NCBI GenBank assembly: GCA_035221665.1
Contig: CM069133.1
Coordinates: 35,340,001-35,404,000 of the forward strand
Length of the DNA stretch: 64,000 bases
Reading direction: 5' to 3'
Source of the DNA: Okamejei kenojei
Taxonomy: Eukaryota
The notes beneath the pieces were generated by a model, which worked only from the letters and a program-made list of their open reading frames with translations, was not told the origin of the DNA and searched no databases. Position numbers and translations under genes: made by a program. Positions 1-14,127 of this stretch are shown here, one piece after another. Each line of letters starts with the position of its first letter. Position 1 is the stretch's first letter.

Positions 1-799
1 GTTTTATTCTCTCACGTCCCAGTTAGAACAATGAAATCCTTACTTGCAGCAGCACAACAGAATATGTAAACATAGTACTCTGTAAACAATGTTATAAACG
101 AGAAAACAAAACTCCATACAGACAGCAGCCATGTTCAGGATCAATTTCAGGTTTCTGTCAATTTTAGGCAGCAAATTTATGGCCAATGTACTGTCCCAAT
201 AGCCTTGGACTGAATTAAAACATACAGTAGCTATAAAGGGGGACATAGCGTCACTTAGAGATTTAAGACTGAAAATGGATAGTTTCTTTTTTTTTAGTAA
301 CCAAAGTTATCAACGTATAATTTTTTGTGTATTGGAAAATAAAATATAGTGGCACAACTGGTGGACTTGCTGCCTCATACGCCAGAGATCTGTGTTTGAT
401 CCTGTCCTCGGGCACTGTCTGTGTTGAATTTGCACGTTCTCCCTGCAAGCATGTGGGTTTCCTCCCACATCCCAAAGACACAATGGCTTTGTAGGTTAAC
501 TTGTCTGTGAAATTGCCCCTTACGTGCAGGGAGTGGGTGAGGAAAGTGGGATAACAGAACTTGTGCGAATGGGTAGACAAAAATGCTGGAGAAACTCAGC
601 AGATGAGGCAGCATCTATGGAGCGAAGGAAATAGGCGACATTTCGGGTCGAGACCCTTCTTCAGACTGATGTTGGGAGGGTTGGGGGGGCGGCGGGAAAA
701 AGAAAGGAAGAGGCGGAGACAGTCAGCTGTGGGAGAGCTGGGAATGGGAGGGGAAGGAGGGAGAAAGCAAGGACTACCTGAAATTGGAGAAGCCAATGT

Positions 800-1012
800 T
801 CATACAGCTGGGGTGTAAACTACCCAAGCAAAATATAAGGTGCTGTTCCTCCAATTTCCTGTGGGCCTCACTCTAGCCATGGAGGAAAGGTCGGATTCGG
901 AATGGGAGGGGGAGTTGAAGTGCTGAGCTACCGGGAGATCAGGTTGGTTATTGCGAACTGAGTGGAGGTGTTGTGCGAAGCGATTGCCAAGCCTGCGCTT
1001 GGTCTCACCGAG
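800..1012 (-). mobile_element. Penelope-like element GIY-YIG fragment
   Basis: GETKRRLGNRFAQHLHSVRNNQPDLPVAQHFNS. Confidence 0.75.
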
Positions 1013-1034
1013 GTTGATCATACACTGAATAACC

Positions 1035-1378
1035 ATATTTTTGTTTGGAAGTGGAAAGAGATAATATAAATTGCATTCATTGCAACACGTAAAAAGAGAT
1101 GAGATACTGTATTGTAATTTTGCTGCGTCATTGTGGTATTTATCATGTCTTGATTGGTGAATATGTTTAGTTTGTGACTTTATTTGAAGCAGAAATAATA
1201 TGTGAATGCTTCATAGACCATAATTCGGACTGGTAACTACGCACTTCGTCCGAGCACGTTATCGCACGCGTCATGCAAGCCATCTTAAATGACCACCTAA
1301 AATGTCATTTGGCAACCTAAAAAGCTGCCGAGGTTGCCCGGCTGGCAACAGGGAAAAAATGTTAAGCGAGAGCCCTGA
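1035..1378. mobile_element. DNA transposon terminal fragment (hAT-like end ...GCGAGAGCCCTG)
   Basis: Ends in CCCTG (CAGGG on the opposite strand) and interrupts a CR1 fragment. Confidence 0.4.
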
Positions 1379-2059
1379 GTCCTGATAGAAGTATATGAAA
1401 TTGTGAGAGTCATAGGTAGGGTAGACAGTCAGAACCTTTGCAGAAGGTATAGTTTTAAGGTGAAAGGGAGGAAGTTTAAAGGAGATGTATGGGGCAAGTT
1501 ACTTCATGAAAAGCGCAGTCAATGCATGGAACGTACTGCCACGGCTGGTGGTGGAGGCAGATACGATAGGCTTTCAGATAGATATTGATATGCTGGAAAT
1601 GGTGGGGTGTGGATCACGTGCAGGGGAGATTAGTTTAACTTGGCATCATGTTCGGCACGGAGACTATGGCTGAAGGGTCAGTTGCTGTGCTGTAATGTTC
1701 TATAAAAATATTCAAAGTGCTGGAGTAACTCAGCAGGTCAAGGCAGCATCAATGGAGAACATGGATACGTGATGTTTCAGGTTGAGACCCATCTTGTGAC
1801 GAAATATCGCATATCCATGTTCACCAGAAACGCTGCCTGACCTGCTGAGTTACTCCAGCACTTTGCGTCTTTTTTTTGTAAACCGGCATCTGCAATTCCT
1901 TGTTTCTACACTGTATCTTTCTAAGGTCCATGTGAGAAGTTCCAATCAGAGAGCGGTCCTGAACTACCATCTACCTTCCTCATTGGAGACCTTTGGTCAA
2001 TATTTAATCAGACTTTAGCTTGAGCTAAATGTTATTCTCCTCATGCTGAATCTGTACAC

Positions 2060-5000
2060 TGTGGTTTGATTGTGATCATCTACAGTCATTCCACTGTTTG
2101 GATAGCACGCAACAAAAAAAAACTTTTCACTGTACCTCAGTACACGTGACAATAATAACAAACTGACTAAGGATGTCTAAGCTCGATGGAGTGCAGAAAT
2201 TATTTCCGATGATGGTGCCAGGATTTGAGGGCCTGAGCTACAGGGAGAGGTTGGGCAGGTTACAACTTTATTCCTTGGAGCGCAGCAGCACGTTAGCTAC
2301 CTTATAGAGGTGTATAATATGATGAGGGGGATGGAGGGACTTACAATCGTTGCATTCTTTTACTTGCGTATGATTTGTACAGTATGTACAAAGCACGCCT
2401 TTGCCTATATCTCAGTACATGTGACAATAATAAAGTAAACTAAACATTCTCAGACACACACCTGATGCATGACTGGGGAAAAGCCAGCACCAAGCCTTGA
2501 GGACGAGTCGCAAAGTCACCTGTGCTCTCAAGAGAACGAACAAGATTACTGAGAATCAGATCCGCTGATACCAATAACCAGCTGCACAGAGGGACTGCAG
2601 ACGCTGGCTTACAGAAAAAGGCACAAGAGTGCTGGAGTAACTCAGCAGCTCACCCAGCATCTCTGGGAATGTGTATAGTTTCGTTTCGTTTTTTAGTTTA
2701 GAACTAGAGCGAGGAAACAGGCCCTTCGGCCCACCGAGCCTGCGTCAACCAGCGATCCCCGCACATTAACACTACCCTACACACACTATGGACAATTTAC
2801 ACTTATACCAAGCCAATTAACCTACAAACCTGTACGTCTTTGGAGGGTGGGAGGAAACCTGAGATCTCGGAGAAGACCCACACATTTCACGGGGAGAACG
2901 TACAAAAGCCGTACAGACAGCGCCCGTAGTCGGGATCGAACCCTGGTCTCCAACGCTGCAAGTGTTGTAAGGCAGCAACTCTACCACTGCGCTACCCCGC
3001 CGCCCTTAAGTGAAAAGCTTTTTATTGCGTGCTATGGTATCAGTGGAAAGACTATACATGAAGACAATCAGTTGGCGATGACAGGTCGAGATCCTTCTTC
3101 GGTCCACAGAAAGCAGAGAGGGAGGAGATTTAAAGGAGAAGTCAGTCAGTATATAGCACGCAGTGCCAGGAGAGGATGTGGAGGCATCATTTAAATTAGT
3201 CTAAATGTTGAAGACTATGGAACCGGAGTATGGAAATACGATTAGTGTGGTTTATGGGCACAATGGTTAGCCTGTATTAATGGGCCTGTTTCTGAGCTGT
3301 ATTCCCAAAACTGCATAAAAGCAGATTAACTGCTCACTATCACCTTTCTGTGAGTGGGAGAGTTGCCTTTGAATCAGTAGGTTATCTTTTTTCCAACAAA
3401 TTTGACTGAAGATTGATACAGCATGGAAACAGACCCTTTGTCCCACAGAGTCCACATCGACCATCGATCACCCGTTCACACCAGTTCTATGATGTCCCAC
3501 TTTGTCATCCACTCCCCGCACACTAGGGGGCAATTTACTGGGGCCAATTTACCTGTTACCCGCAACCCGCACGTCTTTGGGATGTCGGACGAAACCAGAG
3601 CACCCGGAGGTAACCCACGCGGTCACAGGCGAGAACGTGCAAACTCCACACACGGGGTCTCTGGTGCTGAGAGGCTGTGGCTCCACCAGCTGCACCCTAA
3701 CTTGTCCCATCTACTTTGGTCTTAGCATTACCATGATCCAGTTTACTAAGAATAACTGATATAATTTATCGCACATTTATTTTTGTTCTGGGCAGCTGCA
3801 GCAAATAAAAATTACATTGTTCCGTTTCATTGACAAACAAACACGCTTGACAATCCTGAAGAATTCAGTGTTACATTCTTGGGTTAAGCTCGTTTCTGTT
3901 TTTTTTTTACTTTATGAGTCCCGTGTGTTTTATTTATATGTAGACCAGGGAGTTTACAGTAAAGTTCATGTTAACTCTGTCTTGGGAGCAGGTTGTGTGA
4001 TGCATACCAGGAGTGAATGGTGTTCCTGTCGTCCATTCCTTCTACTGTCCAACCTTAGACCCTGCGGTGGTACATTATCTGGGTCAAGCAGTCAGTGGGA
4101 GGGCTTGTTTCAAGTGGGGCTACACTCCTATGAGCACGGCACAGCACGGCACAGGCCCTTCAGCCCACAATCTCCATGTCGAACACCAATGCCAAGTTCA
4201 ACGAATCTGCTCTGCCTGCACATAGAGTCATACAGCATGGAAACAGGCCCTTCAGCCTAACACCCACGCTGACCAATATGCTCCATCTACACTAGTCCCA
4301 CCTGACTGCTTTTGACCCAAATCCATTTAAACCTACTCTAATCAAGCATATGTCTAAATGTTTTTTAAATTGCGATCACACCTGCCTCAACTACCTCCTC
4401 CGACAGCTTGTTCCATACACCCACCACCCTTTGTGTCAAAACGTTACCCATCAGGTTCCCATTAAATTATTTGTCCCTCACCTTAAACCTAGGTCCACTG
4501 GTTCTCGATTCCCCTACTCTGGGCAAATGGCACATTTACCCGATCTATTCCTCGTGTGATTGTGTACACATTATCCATATTCTACCATTCCCGGCATATC
4601 ATTGTGCCTCTCTGTAAAAAAGACCCCAAGCATTTAGTTCAGTTTATCATTGTCACGTGTTCCGAGGTACAGTGAAATGCTTTTTTTGTTTAGTGCTGTC
4701 CAGTCAGCCGAAGACTATACATGATTACAATCAATCCGCCTGCAATGGACGGATTCATTGTGATCATGTGGTCGTTTCACTAACTGGATAGCAAGCAACA
4801 AAAAAACTGTCACTGCACCTCGGTACACATGACAATAATACCAAACTGACTAAGGATGTCATTAAGCTCGACGGAGTGCAGAAAGTATTTCCGATAATAG
4901 TGCCAGGATTCGAGGGACTGAGCGACAGGGAGAGGTTGGGCAGGTTATAGAACATAGAAACATAGAAATTAGGTGCTGGAGCCTGCACCGCCATTCAATA

Positions 5001-5510
5001 TGAGGCCCCGTACCTGCCTTAGCCCCTTAGCCACAAGGGCCACATTATAGCCAATGGGCCTGTGGCAGAGAGTTCCAATGTGTGACTTTCTCATCTCGAA
5101 AGAATGGCTGGACCCCTTGTCCTGGAGGGAACAATCTATCTAATTATAACGTTGCATTCTTTTACTTGCGTATGATGGTACGCATGTACTGTATGTACAA
5201 AGCACGCATTTGCCTATTTCGCAGTACATGTGACAATAATAAAGTAAACTAAACATTCTCAGACACACACCTGCTGCATGACGGGGGAAAAGCCAGCACC
5301 AAGCCTTGAGGACGAGACGCAAAGTCACCTGCGCTCTCAAGAGGATGAACAAGATTGCGTACTGAATCAGAGCCGCTGATACCAATAACCAGCTGCACAG
5401 AGGGAACTGCAGATGCTGGCTTACAGAAAAATGCACAAGAGTGCTGGAGTAACTCAGCAGCTCACCCAGCATCTCTGGGAACGTGGATAGTTTAGTTTGT
5501 TTTTTAGTTG
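2060..5510 (+). repeat. Direct duplication of ~650 bp (2060-2700 and 4755-5510) in TESK1 intron 1
   Basis: Shared unique core CTCAGACACACACCTG..GGGGAAAAGCCAGCACCAAGCCTTGAGGACGAG.. plus the same flanking TE junctions. Confidence 0.85.
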
Positions 5511-5664
5511 AGAGATACACTTGCAAGTTGGGTGGTTGGGACTGAAAGCAGAGAATATGGAACCCTACAGCACAGGAACGGGCCCTTCAGCCCACAATGC
5601 CTTTGCCGAACATGGTGCCATCACGTGATTCACATCCCTCCATTCCCTGCCTACCCATGTAAGG

Positions 5665-5982
5665 ACGACACGATGCACAACGGTAGAGCTGCTGCCTCTC
5701 AGCGCCAGAGACCCGGGTTCAATCCCGACTACGGGTGCTGTCTGTGCTGAGTTTTTTACGTTCTCCCCGTGACCGCATGGGTTCCCCCCGGATGCTCCGG
5801 TTTCCTCCCACACTCCGAAGACGTACAGGTTTGTAGGTTAATTGGCTTTGGTAAAAATTGTACGTAGTCCCGAGTGTGTCGGATAATGTTAGTGTGCGGG
5901 ATAATTGTTGGTCGACACGGACTGGATGGGCCAAAGTGCCTGTTTCCGCGCTGTAACTCTACACTAAATTTAACTAAACTAA
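5665..5982 (+). mobile_element. tRNA-derived V-SINE (HE1-like), representative of dozens of copies (e.g. 2700-3003 -, 6292-6562 +, 21835-22150 -, 32528-32825 +, 47565-47855 -, 55630-55920 -)
   Basis: tRNA-like head with B box (GGGTTCAATCC), V-domain GGTTTCCTCCCACACTCC, CR1-like tail and (TAAAC)n end. Confidence 0.8.
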
Positions 5983-8900
5983 AAATCCACGTGCCAATCT
6001 ATGTCTTTTGAACGCCACAATTATATCTGCCCTCACCACCACCCATTGACAGCCCGTTCCAGGCTCTGTGGGGTTAATTAGCTGCTGAAATTGCCCCGAG
6101 TGCGTGGGGACTGGAAGAACCAGGGGGGGTCAGTTGATAGGTAGGTATGGAAGACAGGCTTCAGAGAATAACAGTGATGGAGCAGTGATGAATCGAGTTT
6201 ACTCTGTAAACTAGACTCACAGAGGGACAGAGCATAGAAAAATGCCCTTCAGCCCATTGGGACTGTACTAACCATCAAACACCCATTTGATGGTGGCGCA
6301 GTGGCAGAGTTGCTAGAGGACTGGTTTTGATCCTGACTACGGGTGCTGTCTGTATGGAGTTTGTACGTTCTCCCTGTGACAGCTTGGGCTTACTCCGGGT
6401 GCTCAGGTTTCCTCCCACATTCCAAAGATGTCCAGGTTTGTGGGTTAATTGGCTTCTGTAAATCGTTCTTAACGTGTAGGGTACAACTAGTGTACAGCTG
6501 ATTGTGTATGGACTTTGCGGGCTGAAGAGGCTGCTTCCACGCTGTATCTCTAAACTAAACTAACACTACGATATTAATCTTATTTTAAAAATTATTCCTC
6601 ATGGAGCCTGAAACCGTGTCTTGTATCCACCTCTATAGTTTCTTCTGACACTTCATTCCGGATATGGAACACCCTCCAAGTGAAATAATTGTCCCTGAGT
6701 TCCCTCTTAAAACTCTCCACCCTCACCTAAAGCTCTGATCTCTAGTTTTAGAATCCACCACACTTTATCCACGCCCCTCATAATCATGTGTACCTTCACA
6801 AAGTCACCCCACAACCTTCTATGCTCCAAAATAACAAGTCCCATCCTATCCAAACTCCCCCTATAACTCAAGCTCCAGTTTGTAACATCCTGGCCAATCT
6901 CTTCTGCACCCTTTCCAACTTATTGACAAGCAAAGTGGCTAATTGGGCAGATTGGAACTGGGGACCAGAAACTGCAGATGCAAGAATCTTGAGGAACTCA
7001 CCCGGTCAGGCAGCATCTAGGGAGGAAAATAGACGCGCAGTGCTTCGGGTCATAGTCATAGAGTACTACAGTGTGGAAACAGGCATTTTGGTCCAATGTC
7101 CATGCTGACCAATATGTCCATATACACTAGTCTTACCCTGCCTGCTTTTGGCCCATCCCTCTACACCTATCCTATCCATGTACCTATCTAAATGTTTCTT
7201 AAACATTGCAATAGTACCTGCCTAAATTACCCCCTCTGGCAGCTTGTTCCAAACACCCACCACCCTTTGTGTGTAAAAGTTACCCATCAGGTTCGCATTA
7301 AATGTTTCCCCCCTCACCTCAAACCTATGTCCTCAGGTTCTCGCAAATGTCTGTCTGTGCGTCTACCCGATCTATTCCTCTCATGTTTTTATACACTTCT
7401 ATAAGATCGCCCCTTACCCTCCTGCTCTCCAGGGAATAGAACCCTCGCCTGCACAACCTCTCCCTGTAGCTCAAGTCCTGGCAACATCCCGGTAAACCTT
7501 CTCTGAACCCTTTCAAGCTTGACAACATCTTTCCTATAACATGGTGACCAAAACAGAACAAAATTCGTTAAATGCAGCCTGACCAAGGGTCGGGACCCTT
7601 CTCCATCTGAAGACGAGTCCTGAACTGAAATGTTGCCTGTCCATTCCCTCTATAGATGGTGCCTGACCCTCCGAGTTCCTCCAGCATTATGTTTTGAGTT
7701 GGGGACCTCTTGATCTACAGCCAGCTTCCCGACAAAGAGCATTGGGTGAATTATCTTCCTGGCCAACACACCAGAGAAAATCTGAAGAAGGGTCTCGAAC
7801 CGAAACGTCGCCTATCTCCTTCGCTGCACCCGCTGAGTTTCTCCAGCCTATTGTGTACCCATAATTGAGACACAGTTGATCTCAACTGACACGCACGAAT
7901 TGTCTATCCCATCAGAATCTTCACGCAGTTTGTTAGAGGTTCCTGTTGTTGCCTCATTTCCAGCACTTCAACAATTGTTTTAAAAAAAGCTCCCCCATTT
8001 ACGAGAGAGATAAAGGCGATTTTTTTTTCCTCAACATTTTTGGAACATTCTTCCACAAAAGGCTTGTGGAAGCAAAGCTTTTCAGTAATTGTCACGGCAA
8101 AGATAGATGGTTTTTGGATAAGCAGGAGGGAGAAAGGTTATTGCAGAGAAGACAGGAATGTAGAGTTGAGGTCACTCTGATCAAAGCAGCCATGAGCATA
8201 ATTCCCCTGCTTGCTCATATTTCCTTATTTGGTTGAGTATCAGGACTAGTCTAACAATACAGTTATACAGCATGGAAACAGACCCAGACCACTACCTCTG
8301 CAGATGCTGCCTGACCTGCTGAGTTGCTCCAGCACTCTGTGTGTTTTGTGCAAGATTCCGCGGACTCACCAGCAATTCCTTGTGGCTCCATTTCTTTGCT
8401 CCAATGCAGAATCTCCTCCTGGTATGCTAACTTTGAGGAAGCACGGTACAGCGCCGGAGACCCTGGTTCGATCCTGACTACGGCTGCTGTCTGTACGTTC
8501 TCCCCGTGAACTGCGTGGGTTTTCTCCGGGATCTCCGGTTTCCTCCCACACTCCCAAAGACGTGCAGATTTGTAGGCAAATTGGCTTGTGTCCCTAGTGT
8601 GTGTCAGATTGTGTAAGGTGTGGACTCGGTGGGCCGAAGGGCCCGTTTCCCCACTGAATCTCTAAATTAGAGTTTCAGCGTTTCTAAACTCTGAGCGCAG
8701 TAGCTCCATCCTGGGGATGGAGTTGGATTCCTGGGAGGTGGTCTTGGAGGGGAGGCCCCCTCAAACAGTGGAGCGTCCTGGACAATAAAGCTCACCCCCT
8801 CCATGACACACGAGGAGGACCATCAGCAACAGTCTGGTTCTAGCAAGTTGCAGTACAGAACGCCACAGGTGATCCTTCCTCCCTGTGGCTATCAAACTGT

Positions 8901-11900
8901 ACAACTCCTCCTCCTTCTGTCGTGGGGTAGACTGATTCCCCTCCCCCAATCTTTATACATCTTTTCACATTTCCAATCCTTTCCACTCATTACTTTAATT
9001 TCATGTTTGATGTATTGTGATTCCTGCTGCTCACCCGCTCTTCAACAATCTATCACTTGCCAGTCTTTGTCTCGCCCCCCCGCCTCTCTTTTGCAGCTTT
9101 CTCCCCCCCCCCCCCCCCCCCCCCCCCCAACCACACACAATCACTCTGAAGAAGGGACCCGACCTGAATCATCACATTCCTTCCAAAGATGCCACCTGAC
9201 CCGCTGTTCACCCAACACTTTGTTTTGCTTGAATTAAAAGGTATGTTAATTGAAGTCACATCAAAGTCCGCTAAATTTACCAGTGTAACATCAAGATGGA
9301 GGAAAAAGATGAAAGCAGTTCTCCGAGAGAATCTCTTCACTCAGAGGAAATCTGGGCTTGAGGAGTGATGGAGGCCTAGACTCTTAAAATGTATAAGAAG
9401 TGTTTATACACTTGAAACTACAAGTATGAAGAGGTGGAATCTCTTTAGCCAGAGGGTGGTGAATCTGTGGAATTCATTACTACAGATGGCTGTGGAGGCC
9501 AAGTCAATGGATTTATTTTACAGCAGAGATCGATAGGTTCTTGATTAGAGATAGACACAAAATGCTGGAGTAACTCAGTGGGACAGGCAGCATCTCTGGA
9601 GAGAAGGAATGGGTGACGTTTCGGGTTGAGACCCTTCTTTCTTGAGTAGTACGGGTTTCAGGGGTTGCAAGGAGAAGGCAGGACAATCGGGTTGAGAGGA
9701 AAGGATAGATCAGCCATGATTGAATGGCAAGGTAGGCTTGATGGGCCGAATGGCCTAATTCTGTTCTTATAACTTAAGAACATTAAGATAGAGCAGGTTA
9801 CAAAACATGTGCAGTGTAGATTAGTACTTGATGGCCAGTACGGGATGAGAAAAACATTTTTCACACAGAGAGTGGTTAATCTCTGGAATTCTCTGCCACA
9901 GAAGGTAGTTGAGGCCAGTTCATTAGCTATATTTAAGAGGGAGTTTAGATGTGGCCCTTGTGGCTAAAGGGATCAGGGGGTATGGAGACATGGCAGGTAC
10001 GGGATACTGAGTTGGAATGTCAGCCATGATCATATTGAATGGCGGTTCAGGCTCGAAGGGCCGAATGGCCTACTCCTGCACCTATTGTCTATGTTACTAT
10101 GTTTCTATGGTAGGCCGAGAAGCCCCGTTTCTGTGTGAGTGAAGGTAGATACAATGGTGACGTTTTTACAGGGCTTTTAATTAGGGAGATCGATATGCAG
10201 GGAATGGAAGGATATGGGGCACATTTAGCTTATCTTTGCATAATTCTCAGCGGGGATATCGTGGGCTGAAATGGCCTGATCCTGCGCTGAACTGTTTGAA
10301 GTTTTATGTTCTAAGTTCTGACCCGCTGAGTTACCGCAGCACTCTGTGTTCTTGCAAGAGAATAAAACAGCCCAGCTTTTCCCTGACAATAAATTGATGG
10401 AATTAGTGGCTGCACAGGACAATTTCTGAAACATGGCGCTAGAGGATAGAGTTCTAATCCTACTTTTGTTAATATCAGTAATGTCTATGTGAATGGATTC
10501 CATATCCAGGGGGCATTACATTCCAAGAAATCAGCTATTGAATAAATATCCATTCATGTTCGATAACTCTATTAGAACCGTGTGTGCTGGATTAACATAG
10601 ATTGACTACATGACATTTATCTTATTTACATTCTTTGATAAGAGTCATACAGCATGGCAATAGGCCCAACTTGCCCATGCCGACCAACATGCCCCATCTA
10701 CACTAGTCCCACCTGCCTGCGTTTGGCCCGTATTCCTTCAAACCATTTCAGGACTGGATTTGATCCTGACTATGGGTGCAGTCTGTATGGAGTTTGTACG
10801 TTCTCCCTGTGATCGTTTGGGTTTCCTCCGGGTGCTCCTGTTTCCTCCCACTGTCCACTGGCGGGACTGACAGATGAACAAAGGATATTGCATAAGGTGG
10901 TGAACACTGCCCGTTCCACCACAGGTACTGACCTCCCTACCATCGAAGGGATCTCTAGGAGATGCTGCCTTGGGGCAGCCAGCATCAAAAACCCACACCA
11001 GCCTGGCCGCACACTCATTTCACTTGGGAAGGAGATATAGGAGCCTGAAAATCACGACCAGCAGATTCAAATACAGCTTCTTCCACCAACCAAAGATAGA
11101 CACAAATTGCTGGAGTACTCTCAGCAGGTCAGGCAGCATCTCTGGAGAAAACAGATAGATGACGTTTCAAGTTGGGGACCTTATTCAGGCCCTTCCAACC
11201 ACCATCAGGCTCTTTAACACCACACAACACTATAAACCAGCTATGAAGAATAGACTGTCTTTGCTTGCTCTAATGACTTTAGGTTTTCTGCACCAGTAAT
11301 GGGGTTATTAATTTATTGAACTTTTGTTTACTACATTCTTATCTCTGTGTGTTGCGTTTACTGCTATATAGAGTCATGCAGATCGGAACCTGGCCCTTTG
11401 GCCCAACTTCCATGTTCACCAAGATGCCACATTTAAGCTACTCATTTGTCCCCGTTTGGCCCATATCCTTCTGAAGGGTCTCAACCTGAAACATCACCCA
11501 TTCCTTCTCTCCAGAGATGCTGCCAGTCCCGCTGAGTTACTCCAGCTTTTTGTCTATCTTCTAAATCGTATCTATGTACGTGTTCAAGTACTGTATGTTT
11601 TACAGTACTTGCCTCAACTACGTCCTTGTTCCATATACTCCCCCCTCCCCCCTCAGAGTGAAAACATTGCCTTCTTGTTCCTCTTACCTTAAAGCTACGT
11701 CCTTTGACTTTTGATTTCTACCCTGGGTAAAATACTCTGTACGTTCATCTGATCTATTCCCCTCATGATTTTACACACCTCTGTACGATCATCCCTCAGC
11801 CTACTGCACTCCAAGGAATAAAGTCCCAGCCTGCCAAAACTCTCCCTTGCAGCTCAGGCCCTCGAGTCCTGACAACATTCTCGTAAATCTTCTCTACACC

Positions 11901-12024
11901 CGTTGCAGCTTAACGACATCCTTCCTACAGATGCAGCTTCAGGTTCAGCAAGTAAAAATGTTATCTGAAATTCACCCCTTCCCCATTACTATCATCAGTC
12001 CGAAGAAGGATCCCGACCTGAAAC

Positions 12025-12265
12025 ATCACCCATTCACATTCTCCAGACATGCTGCCTGACCCGCTGAGTTACTCCAGCACTCTGTGAAACGTCACCTATC
12101 CATGTTCTCCACAGATGCTGCCTGACCCGCTGAGTTACTCCAGCACTCTGTGAAACGTCACCTATCCATGTTCTCCACAGATGCTGCCTGACCCGCTGAG
12201 TTTCTCCACCACTCTGTGTAACGTCACCTATCCATGTTCTCCACAGATGCTGCCTGACCCGCTCA
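12025..12265. repeat. 66-bp tandem repeat (~3.5 copies) derived from a retroelement tail
   Basis: ATGCTGCCTGACCCGCTGAGTTACTCCAGCACTCTGTGAAACGTCACCTATCCATGTTCTCCACAG repeated. Confidence 0.9.
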
Positions 12266-12356
12266 TTTTGTGCTTTTTTGTAAAGCAGCATCTGCAATTC
12301 CATGAGTCTACATTGAAGCACTCCTGACTCTTTAGACAAGATGGTCAGACCCTTAC

Positions 12357-12575
12357 CTTGAACACCTCCGAGAAGAATCCCGAACCGATCTTCTCGCAGT
12401 AGAAGTCGTCGATCCTGGCCAGGGTGGACACGGCGCTGCACAGAGCCCGGTATGAGGAGGGTCGCAGACAGTTGCAGCCGAGCATCGCGCCCGACACGGG
12501 GGCCGAGTAGGGCCCGCAGTCCGGCACCAGGACCTCGCTGGGCAAGTCCAATCTCAGGTTGGTTTCCCTCGCCAT
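12357..12575 (-). CDS. TESK1: TESK-family dual-specificity kinase, first coding exon (73 codons; N-terminus to kinase subdomain I)
   Basis: Translates MARETNL...[36 protein letters not shown]. This matches the TESK signature, with [15 protein letters not shown] closer to TESK1 than to TESK2 (SAFSRLTR). Good Kozak context (GAGATGG) and a phase-0 donor AAG|GTAAGG at 12356. Exon 2 was not found in 1-12356, so the intron runs off the window. Confidence 0.88.
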
Positions 12576-13267
12576 CTCTCTGCCTGCCCTCCTCCCCCTC
12601 CCACCGGACCTACCCCAACCTGATTTACATCTTGCCCGGGCTTGGGAGCGGAACGCGAGGGGAGACGGGGTGCTCCAGGAGTGTTCAGAGATGAAGCCTT
12701 CACACCTTTAACCCCGGCATTTCATCCACTTGGCCCACTCTTCGTATGATCAAACCCATGAAGAGGCGAGAAGCAACGAGCAACTAATGATAAACTAGGA
12801 CTCGCCTGGATCACTTTGCAAGTCATTTAGGTGTCCAATCACAATGAATCAATAAACCTTCGGCCATTCAACAACAGTCGACGGATAATCTTGCAATGTT
12901 GATCAATAACCTGGCTCTGCACAGCAACTAGTCATCAATAATCCAGCTTTGATAAATCAACAAATGAACTGATGAATTGACGATCCATTAATCAATGATC
13001 GGTATAATCCAGCAATGATAATTGATCTGGCAAAGATGAATGGATAAAGCGATGATAAGCAGTCAATATTCAGAGTTCAATCGCAAACTAAAAGAGCAAT
13101 AGATCTCCTGAACTTGGGGACTGGTCACTAATCACCATTGGGGTGTTTGTTGTTTGGGGAGGTGGCTGACGTCCCTTCACCCTGTGCATGGCTTGTATTG
13201 ATTCGGAGTGGGCAGAGTAGCAATACAACCTCTTCTCTGCTCAAAGCCGTCAATGCTGTTAATTGTT

Positions 13268-13830
13268 CCTGATTCCTGGTCTGATTCCAATCTATCAGCG
13301 CCCGGTTTGACCTGGTCTATCTAATCCTGGACTGATCTCGGTCTGATCCCAGTCTGTCTGATCCTGGCCTGACCCCGGTCTATCTGCTCCTGCTCTGATC
13401 CCAGTCTATCTGAACCTGGACTGATCCCAGTCTATCTGATCCTGTTTCTTAGTCTGATCCCAGTCTACCTGATCCTGAGTCCTGGTCCAATCCCAGGATA
13501 TCCGCTGATTCCTTGTCCGATCCCAGTCTTTCCAATCCTGGATTGATCCCAGTCCGATCCTGCTTTGATCCCTGTCTATCTGCAGCTGATTCCAGATCTG
13601 ATCCCAGTCTATCTGATCCTGGTTAGATCCCAGTCTGTCTGCTCCTGATCTGATCCTGGATTGATCCCAGTCTATCTGCTCCTGACCTGATCTTGGTTTG
13701 ATCCCGGTCTACGCGTCCCCGATCTGATCTCAGTTTAGTTGCTCCCGATTCCTAGCCTGTTCCCGGTTTGCTCTTCCCGCTCCCAGTCTGATCCCGGTGT
13801 AAGTGCTCCTCCACCTTTGATCCCGGTTTA
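13268..13830. repeat. Degenerate CTGATCCCAGTCTAT/CTGATCCTG minisatellite between the TESK1 CpG island and ATG
   Basis: Many imperfect copies of the GATCC-centred unit. Confidence 0.85.
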
Positions 13831-14125
13831 GCTGCTCCCGCTCCGGCTAGGCCTCCCGGGCTGCGCTCTCCGGCTCCGGCTCCGGCTCCGCCTGCGATCC
13901 CGACACTGGGGCTGACGGAGCTGCCGCCCTGCGCATAGCGCTGGCTCCGGCTCCAGCTCCGGCTCCTTATGTGGGAGCGCCGGGAGGGCGGGGAGGCTGG
14001 AGCGGGGCGGCGCTGCCCTGCCCTGCCCTGCCCGCCTGCCGCAGACACCGGGCGCCGCCTGCGGGCCACTGCCGAACCCAGCAAAGCCGCAACTCCGAGT
14101 GTCCCAGAGCCCGGGACATGAGGGT
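13750..14125 (-). promoter_or_regulatory. CpG island, probable TESK1 promoter/5'UTR start
   Basis: Very GC- and CpG-rich, with GC boxes (GGGCGG) and a TGCGCA core, ~1.2-1.5 kb upstream of the TESK1 ATG. Confidence 0.7.
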
Positions 14126-14127
14126 CA

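Noticed and set aside
5665-5740. tRNA-like sequences
   Set aside because: These are SINE heads, not intact tRNA genes.
1-12356. TESK1 exon 2 (VRHR..VMVLKMN..)
   Set aside because: Searched by eye on the minus strand and not found; presumed to lie outside the window.
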